Assembly (NCBI GenBank): GCA_048938895.1 | Contig: JBHLLU010000070.1 | Coordinates: forward strand, 1-18,439 | DNA length: 18,439 nt | Reading direction: 5' to 3' | Origin: Promethearchaeota archaeon | GTDB taxonomy: Archaea; Asgardarchaeota; Lokiarchaeia; Sigyniarchaeales; SOKP01 | Part shown: piece by piece, positions 7,230 to 15,622 of the stretch | How positions within the stretch are numbered: position 1 is the first letter of the stretch | Layout: every line of letters begins with the position of its first letter | Program-made: the position numbers and the translations under genes | The notes under the pieces: model-generated | What the model was told of the DNA's origin: nothing | The model's input: only the letters and a program-made list of their open reading frames with translations | Database searches by the model: none

Positions 7230-9608
7230 TTAATATTCTGTTCGAGAAATAATTTCATCTTGAGCATTTTTCGATAATTCTGTAAAATAAACTGAATAGC
7301 CAGCTATTCTTACCACTAATCCTCTATAGTTGTCAGGATTTATTTGAGCGTCACATAGAGTTTCTTTTCCCACTACATTAAATTGAACTTGATAACCTCC
7401 TTTAGGTTCAAAAAAAGTTCTAATTAGGGGTATTAGGAGATCTGGTTTTAATGTATTAGGATGAAAAGATAAAGTTAATGCATTACCATTTGTCATTAAC
7501 TCACTTTTTAACTTTTTGACAGAATTCAGTATAGCTGTTGGTCCATTTTTATCCAAATTACTAGTGGGGCAAAGACCATTCGAAAGTGGTTCTGATTTTC
7601 TCCTACCATCTGCTGAGGCTCCTGTGAAAACACCAAACGCTAAATGAAATGTTGTAGAATATATTCCAGGATTAAATTTGCCCCCACGATAATTAGAATG
7701 CTTAGAAATCTCTTCACAATAGAATTTTGCTACATCAACTGCAATTTGATCAACATAATCATTATCATTCCCGAATTTAGGTATTTTATTTATGAAATAT
7801 TCCCGCCATTCTGTCCCTTTTTTTCCTTGGTAGACACCCCTATAATTTTTTGTAAGCATTTGAACTAAATCTTCAAATGGAACATCTTTATCTTCAAATA
7901 CGACTTTTTTAATCACTGCAAGACTATCCGAGACACTAGCTAAACCAATTAGCTGAGGACCAGTAAAATTGTAAATTGCTCCCCCTTTTGTTATGTCTAA
8001 TCCGCGCTCTATACAGTCATCTATAGTTGCTGATAGAAATGGTTGAGGTTTAAGTTCAGCAATTGACTTATCAAGATAATACATAGTTTTTACCATATAA
8101 TCAATGAAATATTTTACTTGATCCTTAAAAGTTTCCCAAAGATCCTCATAGGAGTTAATTTTCATACTATTTTTAATTCCATATTCCTTTCGAGATATCA
8201 TATCAATCCCGTTGTTTAAGGTTAACTCTAAGCATTTCACAATATTGAATTGATTCGCATTTGTTGATCCGAATGATTTAAAGGGATGTTGAGGTTCTAC
8301 ACATCCTATTGGGGCATATTCCCGAGCATCCTCTAATGTAAAACCTTGATTGATAAGTCCAGGTACCATTACTTGATCATTAAGTAAAGCAATACTTGTC
8401 CCATTTTTTATTGATTCCCCTACTCTAAAAAGAAATTCATCAGAGGTATCTTGATGGATTCTCACACAAAAAGTAGGTTGTACTGATTTTATATGAGTAT
8501 AAGCATCTAATATAATATAAGATAATTCATTCAAAGCATCTTCTCCTTTACGATTTAGACCTCCAATTACCACATTTTCAGCAATCGGGGGGCCCTCTAC
8601 TGCTATAACTCCCTTAGAAATAACATAATTCCACAAGGTTGAGAGTTTGAGAAAAAAACATTCAATAAGGAACTGAGCTTTTTCCTTAGTAATTTTTCTA
8701 TTTTTTATATCTGCTAAATAATAAGGATATAAATACTGATCTAATCTTCCAATTGAAATTGCGAAACCACCATCTTCTAATCCACAAATTAAATGAGTAA
8801 AATATATCAATTGCAAGGCTTCTTCATAATGTTCTGGCGGATTTTCTGAGATATTCTCACAATTTTTGGAGATTTCATAAAGTTCTTCTTTACGTATTAG
8901 ATTATCCTCCTTTTCCGCCATTTGCTTTGCTAAAATAGAGAGTCTATTGATAAAATTTTTAGCAGCATCCAAAAGAATGATTACAGATTCCAAAAATGTT
9001 TTTTTATTTCCATTATTGAAATTCTTCTCTAAATTTTTTTCAGTTATTTGAATTAAACCCTTTAAACCATGCTTTAATATAATTTCATGACCAGGAAAAA
9101 AATGTCCAATTCCGCTAGAGAGCTCCACATCTACTGCAAATACAATCTTTTCCATAATATTTTTAATGTCAGGGGCTAAATAAGATTGAAACCGCTCTTG
9201 CACTGTGATTTCTTCGTTTTTCCAATAAGGAATTAGCTCTTCTCTGATAAATTGTTTTTCTAGATCATTTAAAAAAAGCTTTTGAACGGGGCGAGTATCA
9301 TATAAGTCAAGATCTTGTTCTATTGTATCAATTCGTGCTTCAGGGAATAAAGGGCTCCCTACATATTTTTTACATCTGTTTCCGATAATATACTCTCCTT
9401 CCCATATCTTAAGCGTCATATTTGTTAAAAAATAATGCATAGCCTTCGCAAATCTGATTATTGGGTTTTCTCCTTTAGTTTTTTTATAAGATTCTGTAAA
9501 CAATTTTGCTCTTTCAATACATAGTTCATGTGGTGTGTGATCTAACCTATATTTCATGCTCATTGCGCGATCTTTATAATCAGTAAGAGTAATTTGTTCT
9601 GATTGCAT
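7230..9608 (-). CDS. Glycyl-radical enzyme, PFL2/glycerol dehydratase-like class, substrate unknown
   Basis: C-terminal LVVRIAGYS (radical Gly770), single catalytic Cys in IGCVEP (Cys436), GRLDQYLYPYY, PKFGNDNDYVD, GASADGR, QVQFNVV. Confidence 0.93.
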   Translation of the reverse strand: MQSEQITLTDYKDRAMSMKYRLDHTPHELCIERAKLFTESYKKTKGENPIIRFAKAMHYFLTNMTLKIWEGEYIIGNRCKKYVGSPLFPEARIDTIEQDLDLYDTRPVQKLFLNDLEKQFIREELIPYWKNEEITVQERFQSYLAPDIKNIMEKIVFAVDVELSSGIGHFFPGHEIILKHGLKGLIQITEKNLEKNFNNGNKKTFLESVIILLDAAKNFINRLSILAKQMAEKEDNLIRKEELYEISKNCENISENPPEHYEEALQLIYFTHLICGLEDGGFAISIGRLDQYLYPYYLADIKNRKITKEKAQFLIECFFLKLSTLWNYVISKGVIAVEGPPIAENVVIGGLNRKGEDALNELSYIILDAYTHIKSVQPTFCVRIHQDTSDEFLFRVGESIKNGTSIALLNDQVMVPGLINQGFTLEDAREYAPIGCVEPQHPFKSFGSTNANQFNIVKCLELTLNNGIDMISRKEYGIKNSMKINSYEDLWETFKDQVKYFIDYMVKTMYYLDKSIAELKPQPFLSATIDDCIERGLDITKGGAIYNFTGPQLIGLASVSDSLAVIKKVVFEDKDVPFEDLVQMLTKNYRGVYQGKKGTEWREYFINKIPKFGNDNDYVDQIAVDVAKFYCEEISKHSNYRGGKFNPGIYSTTFHLAFGVFTGASADGRRKSEPLSNGLCPTSNLDKNGPTAILNSVKKLKSELMTNGNALTLSFHPNTLKPDLLIPLIRTFFEPKGGYQVQFNVVGKETLCDAQINPDNYRGLVVRIAGYSVYFTELSKNAQDEIISRTEY

Positions 9609-9700
9609 TTATATCCCTAAGATATATTTACTACGAACTAATAAAAAATATGATTGTTTAAAATAATAATCGTTTTTATTTATTAAGGGTACTAAAATAC

Positions 9701-10543
9701 TCATAAATACTTCATTAAATGGTTTTTAGTTTGAGGAGTAAAAAGCAGATTTCTTTTTTTTGGATCCTTAAATCGCTTAATGGCGAGATCTAGATATTCT
9801 TGGTTTGAATCTATCCCAATAAATCTTCGTTCTAAAACACTACATACTATCCCTGTAGTGCCAGATCCCATAAAAGGATCTAATACCAAATCTCCCTTAT
9901 TTGAAGATGAGATTATTATCCTATTTAATAACTCTGTAGGTTTTTGAGTTGGATGCTTTCCAAATTCCTTTTCTTCTTTGGGGATTAAAGGTATTGACCA
10001 AACACTCCTCATTTGTTTATCTTTATTCTTTATTTTGTCTTTAGGATTATTCCAAATTTTCATTTCATCATAATTAAAAGTATGATGAGAATTTTTTGAC
10101 TTTCGTGCCCATAATACAATTTCATGACTATGAGTGAAGTATTTACAGGACAGATTTGGCGGAGCATTAGGCTTGAACCATACAATATCATTAATTATAT
10201 CGAAATCATTTTTCTCTAAGAGATATCCTACTTTAAATATGTTGTGTAAAGTTCCAGATACCCAAATGCTCCCATTTTCTTTCAAGACATTTTTACAAGC
10301 TCTTAACCATGACTCTATGAATTCAACATCAACCTCAAATCCTTTTGATTTGTCCCACTCCCCCTTATTTACAGATACCATTTTGCCTGAATGACATGTA
10401 ATTCCGTCATTTGAGAGAAAATATGGAGGATCAACAAAAATCAAGTCAAATTTTTGGTTATTTAACTGTCCCAAGATATATAAAGCATCACCATTATATA
10501 AAGTAAAATTTCCCTCATGAAAATAAGGTTCAATCATTTTCAA
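9701..10543 (-). CDS. Beta-class N6-adenine/N4-cytosine DNA methyltransferase, DpnA (M.DpnIIB)-like
   Basis: Motif IV DPPY precedes motif I VLDPFMGSGTTG; HPTQKP; DPPYFLSNDGITCHSGKMVSVNKGEWD is typical of GATC-specific DpnA-like enzymes. True start may be ATG at 10537. Confidence 0.9.
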   Translation of the reverse strand: MKMIEPYFHEGNFTLYNGDALYILGQLNNQKFDLIFVDPPYFLSNDGITCHSGKMVSVNKGEWDKSKGFEVDVEFIESWLRACKNVLKENGSIWVSGTLHNIFKVGYLLEKNDFDIINDIVWFKPNAPPNLSCKYFTHSHEIVLWARKSKNSHHTFNYDEMKIWNNPKDKIKNKDKQMRSVWSIPLIPKEEKEFGKHPTQKPTELLNRIIISSSNKGDLVLDPFMGSGTTGIVCSVLERRFIGIDSNQEYLDLAIKRFKDPKKRNLLFTPQTKNHLMKYL

Positions 10544-10654
10544 TTAAATTATAGTTTATTTTTGTTATTAACTTTAAAGTTTTATATTATTCATGCATTA
10601 TTATTAACATAAGGAATTTTTAGATTCCAATTTTTTAAGGCAATTTTACTGCTT

Positions 10655-11866
10655 ATGTTTATAAAACTCCCTAAATTTGGAGAGGATTTCCTGCTTTTAG
10701 CACTTCGCATCGGGAAACATAATAAAAACTATATTGATTATTATATTGGTCCTAAAAAGCTAAGTGAAATAGTAGGCAATGAAGATATTATATCACCAAA
10801 CAAGCTGCTAAGAGATTGTGAAATTCTACGAAAACAACTCTTTAATCAAGGATTTGATAAAGGAAGGGAAAAATATCTTGAAAAGATGTTAATTTCAATG
10901 AAAACATCACTGGAGATTTTAAATGGAATTAAATTACCATTTAAGGACCAATTTTTTAGATTATATGATGCAAAATTAGAACCAGTTAAGCAATCGGAAT
11001 TAGATGCCCTCATTGAAGATATAATTAATGTATATGGTGGTAATGAAGGATTTGAGGCAAAAATGCTCAAATTGAGAAAGCGACGAATGGTACCTCCTGG
11101 TGATGTTTATGAATTATTTGAGAAAGCAATAAATATTGTAAGAGATCGGACTAGAGATTTATTTGTCGGTATCTTCCAAAATGAAGAAGAAATAATAATC
11201 AAGTTGGTGGAGAGTAGGGAAGATATGGCAAAATGGAGTTATTATCAGCAATATCAAGGAAATTTTCGCTCATTGATAGAGGTTAATCCTCATTTTGGTA
11301 TATATTCAACATCTCTTTTGTTTTATGCTGCTCACGAGGGATATCCTGGTCACCATACGGAATTTACTATAAAAGAACAGAAGTTATATAATGATCTAAA
11401 TCAATTTGAGCACTTGATATTGTTGCTTAACTCTCCTAAATTATTAGTAAGTGAAGGAATAGCCAATCATGCAATTAATATGTTATATACATTCAGTGAA
11501 GAAGCAAGAATTACGGCAGAAAATTTCTGCATAAGTGGTTCGAAAGGGGATTCTCCTGAAACTTTAACCCAAGAAAATAAAGTTAGGGGTAGAGTTCAGC
11601 TTTTTTGGTATGATCTAGCATATAAAGCATTGGTTGAAAACTGGAGTGAAGAAAAACTAATGAGTTATGCAACAAGCTTTAAAATTTACACCAAGAATAC
11701 AATTAAGAATCGATTAATATCATTGAAGGATCCAGTTCATTCTTCAACAATATTTTCATATGAACTTGGAAGAAATCTCATCATAAACAAGTATGGTGAA
11801 TTTCCCTCAATTAAAAATTTCCGAAATTTACTTGAAACTTCGGTATTACCCTCAGATATGCTATAA
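10655..11866 (+). CDS. DUF885-like putative zinc metallopeptidase
   Basis: AAHEGYPGHH motif (His227), downstream SEGIA and C-terminal SYELG, matching the DUF885 pattern; no signal peptide evident. Confidence 0.8.
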   Translation: MFIKLPKFGEDFLLLALRIGKHNKNYIDYYIGPKKLSEIVGNEDIISPNKLLRDCEILRKQLFNQGFDKGREKYLEKMLISMKTSLEILNGIKLPFKDQFFRLYDAKLEPVKQSELDALIEDIINVYGGNEGFEAKMLKLRKRRMVPPGDVYELFEKAINIVRDRTRDLFVGIFQNEEEIIIKLVESREDMAKWSYYQQYQGNFRSLIEVNPHFGIYSTSLLFYAAHEGYPGHHTEFTIKEQKLYNDLNQFEHLILLLNSPKLLVSEGIANHAINMLYTFSEEARITAENFCISGSKGDSPETLTQENKVRGRVQLFWYDLAYKALVENWSEEKLMSYATSFKIYTKNTIKNRLISLKDPVHSSTIFSYELGRNLIINKYGEFPSIKNFRNLLETSVLPSDML

Positions 11867-11869
11867 AGC

Positions 11870-11881
11870 TTTTTTTTTTTT
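11870..11881 (+). terminator. Poly-T terminator of the DUF885-like gene
   Basis: T12 run beginning 4 nt after the stop codon. Confidence 0.7.
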
Positions 11882-11968
11882 AAATCTGGGAGTTTAAATA
11901 TTTCCTCTGAGAACACTAAATGTTTCAAAACAATAAAAAATTGATTAGAGATTTTTAATCTAAATAGA

Positions 11969-11975
11969 AAGGTGA
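11969..11975 (+). promoter_or_regulatory. Shine-Dalgarno-like AAGGTGA upstream of a micro-ORF
   Basis: Archaeal-type GGTGA core ending 6 nt before ATG at 11982. Confidence 0.45.
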
Positions 11976-11981
11976 TAAATT

Positions 11982-12011
11982 ATGCCCGGTTCAGTTGGAA
12001 CTATTCCTTAA
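11982..12011 (+). other. Candidate micro-ORF MPGSVGTIP* or part of a small structured RNA
   Basis: ATG CCC GGT TCA GTT GGA ACT ATT CCT TAA, flanked by an RBS-like motif and hairpin plus T-tract; GC-richer than its flanks. Confidence 0.4.
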
Positions 12012-12022
12012 TTATGGAATTC

Positions 12023-12050
12023 AGAACGTTCGTTCTTTCTTTTTTTTTTT
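12023..12050 (+). terminator. Hairpin plus poly-T terminator
   Basis: AGAAC-GTTC-GTTCT stem-loop followed by TTC and T11 (12040-12050). Confidence 0.6.
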
Positions 12051-12181
12051 GTTAGTTATAATCCCCTACTTATAAATCCAATTTAGAATAATTACTTTTA
12101 ATTATTAACTTCAAAGTTTTAAATTATCTAGTACTTAATATTCATGTAAGAAGATCAAAACAAAGCTTTAGAGAACCCAAC

Positions 12182-13120
12182 ATGATAAACAAGGAAAATT
12201 TTGAGGAGTTATTTAATCAACATTTAATTAAAGATATTTCGGAAGAAGAAATAGAGATAGTTTTATCAGGTCAATATGGAAAAGCACTTGAATTATTACG
12301 TGATGCAGAAGCAACAGGTCTATTCCCTGCATTAGTTGGACCCCCTGGAGTAGGGAAAACGATTTTATGTAGATATTTTGCTAGTCTTAGAGCAAAGGAA
12401 AATAAAAATAAGAGCTTTAACTGGTTGACTATGGATGAGAGTATCAAACCATCGCATTTTGTGGGGTCCTTTGATCCCGCAATTACCTTAAAAAAAGGCT
12501 TTGTATTAGAAGCATTTAACCCTGGACCTTTATTGAATGCTATGCTTGAAGGTGGAACCTTTTTGGCTAATGAAATTAATAGAGCGACAGAATATTCACA
12601 AAACACCTTATTAGAACCATTAGAAGAAGCGTCTATTGGAATTCCTCATTTAGGTAGAATAAAAGCTGATCAGAATTTCTTTTTTATATGTGCGATGAAC
12701 CCAGAAGAACTTTCAGGAACCCACCGTTTATCGGAAGCATTAAAAGATAGAATAAAGGTTTGGATTAAGTTAACTTATCCCGATAAATCAACAGAGCTAG
12801 ATATTATCAGAATAAACTTACCTGAACAATTCATTATAGAAGAATCTGAATTGGAATTAATTTATTCTGTCATTAAAGAAACAAGACAAAATAAAGTTGA
12901 TATTGAAATCCCAGCTTCAATAAGGGCCGGGATAGCTATGGCTAAATTATTAGGAAGAAAGAGACAAATTGAAAAAACTAGTAAAAAGGAAAAAGAATCA
13001 CTTTATACCTCTCTAGCTGATATTGCGAAAAATGTATTATTAGGGAGTATCAAACCTAAACCTGGAGTAAAAGTTGAGAATGTTATAGAAAATATCATAC
13101 ACAAAACCTTAGGGGGTTAA
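12182..13120 (+). CDS. MoxR-family AAA+ ATPase
   Basis: Walker A GPPGVGKT, PGPLLNAM, Walker B variant FLANEINRA, QNTLLEPLEE, sensor-1 AMNP, LSEALKDR arginine finger, lid motif PASIRAGI. Confidence 0.92.
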   Translation: MINKENFEELFNQHLIKDISEEEIEIVLSGQYGKALELLRDAEATGLFPALVGPPGVGKTILCRYFASLRAKENKNKSFNWLTMDESIKPSHFVGSFDPAITLKKGFVLEAFNPGPLLNAMLEGGTFLANEINRATEYSQNTLLEPLEEASIGIPHLGRIKADQNFFFICAMNPEELSGTHRLSEALKDRIKVWIKLTYPDKSTELDIIRINLPEQFIIEESELELIYSVIKETRQNKVDIEIPASIRAGIAMAKLLGRKRQIEKTSKKEKESLYTSLADIAKNVLLGSIKPKPGVKVENVIENIIHKTLGG

Positions 13121-13124
13121 ATTT

Positions 13125-15614
13125 TTGGGAGTCTTTCCGGAGAATCCATGCGAATTTGCGGTGGAATTCATAAGGAGGATGAGAAATCATCCTGATATCG
13201 TTCAAATTCCATCCTCAAGACAAGTGTTGTCTATACCAAAATTAGTAGTTTCGAGATATTATCGCAAAGGATATGTAACCCCTAATGATTATATTGAAAT
13301 AAGTACAGTTACCTCTTTCCCCGATAATCAAAATTTAGCAAAAGAAATTGCTTTTGAAGTATTATTCCCTAATTATAAAAAAAATCTCATGAAATCATTC
13401 TTTCAAGAAGATGACCTAAAGGAGATTGAAGACAAGATAATTACTCCTGATTTAAAGTCAGAACTAGATCAAATACAAGATTTAATTGATGAAATCGAGA
13501 TGTCAAAATTCATCGATACTGATATGATCGAAGAAATGGAGCAATTTATGGATGTTTTAAATCAGAGGAGAAATGAAGATGTGATAACATCTGCACTTAA
13601 TTTTTTCAATGATGATTCTGAACTATATAAAGAGGAGATTAATTCATTTAGTAAATTGCTTGAGGAAGCAAAGAAGAAGCTTATTCAGAAGATCAATTCT
13701 CTAGATCCTGAAGATTTAAAAGCAGGTAATTTTTTAGGGTTAAATGATCTAATCCAAGAAAATTCAAAACGATCATGGGAAAAATTAGCAAGTAAAGCTC
13801 TGGATAATAAAGATATATCACAGGATTTAGAAGACTTAATAAAATCAGGGAATTTACAAGATTTTCTTCAATCGATTAGATATCTGGATAAAACTAATGC
13901 AATTTCAAAAGATTATTTACAAAAACTAAAAAATGATCTCCAAAATCAAATTAATAATTTAGACCAATTATTCGATGCAGCAAAAACCTTAGGTGAAGCA
14001 CCCAATTTTAATATTAACAACGTTTTAGATAAATCGCTTCAAAATTCTTCATTTGAACATAACTTTAATTTAGCAAACTCACTAGATCAATATTATGGTA
14101 CTAATCTTAGAAGTTCATTGCTAGACAAATTTAATCAACAACAAGATAAGCTGAAAATGAATTTATCACTTGAAACATTAACAAAAAGCGCATTTGCAAA
14201 TAAATCTTGGAATACTCTTTTCAATCAAGCTCTCCAAAATGCAATAAAAGAAGCAATGCTTCAAAATAAGTCTTTCGAGGCTTTTAAAACCCTAGCACAT
14301 CAGCTTCAACAACTCTCAAATAGCTGCCAAAATTTACATTGTAGCCAAAAAATGGTACAAAATCTTCCTAATATAACGGATTTAACATTACAGTCAAGTG
14401 AAAATCCCTCTCAACTCAAGGATGTTACTGAATTTTTAAGGAAGATCGGTTTAAACCCTGAGTCTGAAAAAATTGAGGAAATAGGACAGAAACTCCTTAT
14501 GTCTGAGGAGGACATTTATGAACTCATTGAACCGAATTACCAACTATTAAAGAAATTGATAGATAAAAAAACAGCTGACTATCAAAGATTAAGTAGTTTA
14601 ATGGATCAAATTAAAGATCAATTAAACTCAGAGAGATTTAAGGATTTAATTGCTAGTGCGTTAGCATCAGATAATCGAGAAGCATTAGCTGCGTTAGGTA
14701 ACTTTAACTTAAGTGATGCGTTAAAAGAAGCACAACAAATTGGAGGTAAAGAGGCTCAGGATAAAATGATTTCCTGTCTTTCAGCAGGAGGAGGGGAAAA
14801 TTTACTAAAACAATGGTTTATACATCGATCAAAATTACCAGATAATGCGAAACAGAAGGTAAAAGAATTAGCTAAGAAGGTATTAATTGAATTGGGGATA
14901 TATTATTCTCGCGCTCGTTTAGGTAGTTCAACAACAGGTCCCATTCCTATAAATATAGTAAGACCATTTACTATTGGAGATGACTTTGAAAATATTGATC
15001 TTGAGGAAACAATCTATAACATCTTAGAGAAGGGTAAAAAACTAGATCATATTGAATACGAAGATTTTTTTGTTTTTGAAACTGCTAAAGGATTAAGATC
15101 AGCTTGCTTTGAACTTGATATATCAGGCAGTATGACAGGAGATAAACTTGCATATATGGCAATCTGCGTTACTATGCTCTGCTATGGATTACGGAAGGAT
15201 GAACTCGGAATTGCATTTTTTGAATCAAACACACATGTGTTGAAAGAACTCGATCAAAAAATTGATTTGGAAAAATTAGCGGATGGGCTCCTTTCTGTCA
15301 CTGCTAGAGGAGGGACAAAAATTCAAAGTGCTCTTGAATGGGCAAATAAACAATTTAAAGATCACTCATACTCACGAGAAAAATTAAATGTATTATTTAC
15401 TGACGCGGAAATTTTTGACCTTCAAGATGCACTACAGGAATTCAGAATAATGAGATCACTTGGGGTAGATTTTATACTAGTATGTCCAGAAGCTTCATAT
15501 AATTTAAAAGAAGCTAATAAAATGGTAAAAATTGTAGGTGGTCAAATGCTTACCATAAAAGATTGGAATGAATTCCCTAAATTAATTTCTGAGATAATTA
15601 AATCAAGATTTTAG
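13125..15614 (+). CDS. Large vWA-domain protein (CoxE-like partner of MoxR ATPase)
   Basis: C-terminal MIDAS DISGS (Asp665), GGT and LFTD; pre-vWA IDLEETI motif; long helical middle; TTG start 4 nt after the ATPase stop with G-rich RBS. Confidence 0.9.
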   Translation: MGVFPENPCEFAVEFIRRMRNHPDIVQIPSSRQVLSIPKLVVSRYYRKGYVTPNDYIEISTVTSFPDNQNLAKEIAFEVLFPNYKKNLMKSFFQEDDLKEIEDKIITPDLKSELDQIQDLIDEIEMSKFIDTDMIEEMEQFMDVLNQRRNEDVITSALNFFNDDSELYKEEINSFSKLLEEAKKKLIQKINSLDPEDLKAGNFLGLNDLIQENSKRSWEKLASKALDNKDISQDLEDLIKSGNLQDFLQSIRYLDKTNAISKDYLQKLKNDLQNQINNLDQLFDAAKTLGEAPNFNINNVLDKSLQNSSFEHNFNLANSLDQYYGTNLRSSLLDKFNQQQDKLKMNLSLETLTKSAFANKSWNTLFNQALQNAIKEAMLQNKSFEAFKTLAHQLQQLSNSCQNLHCSQKMVQNLPNITDLTLQSSENPSQLKDVTEFLRKIGLNPESEKIEEIGQKLLMSEEDIYELIEPNYQLLKKLIDKKTADYQRLSSLMDQIKDQLNSERFKDLIASALASDNREALAALGNFNLSDALKEAQQIGGKEAQDKMISCLSAGGGENLLKQWFIHRSKLPDNAKQKVKELAKKVLIELGIYYSRARLGSSTTGPIPINIVRPFTIGDDFENIDLEETIYNILEKGKKLDHIEYEDFFVFETAKGLRSACFELDISGSMTGDKLAYMAICVTMLCYGLRKDELGIAFFESNTHVLKELDQKIDLEKLADGLLSVTARGGTKIQSALEWANKQFKDHSYSREKLNVLFTDAEIFDLQDALQEFRIMRSLGVDFILVCPEASYNLKEANKMVKIVGGQMLTIKDWNEFPKLISEIIKSRF

Positions 15615-15622
15615 TATTAATA

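Noticed and set aside
7230-9608. Calling the GRE pyruvate formate-lyase (pflB)
   Set aside because: Lacks the adjacent Cys-Cys pair; has GCVEP.
7644-10394. Plus-strand ORFs 7644-7868 and 10134-10394
   Set aside because: Fully inside the GRE and methyltransferase genes on the opposite strand.
7049-10543. tRNA-anchored integrated element carrying the methyltransferase
   Set aside because: No integrase or duplicated tRNA end seen, and the tRNA 3' side abuts valS.
11983-12040. A true second tRNA gene
   Set aside because: No 7-bp acceptor stem, an 8-nt middle loop and no canonical T loop; kept only as a possible structured RNA.
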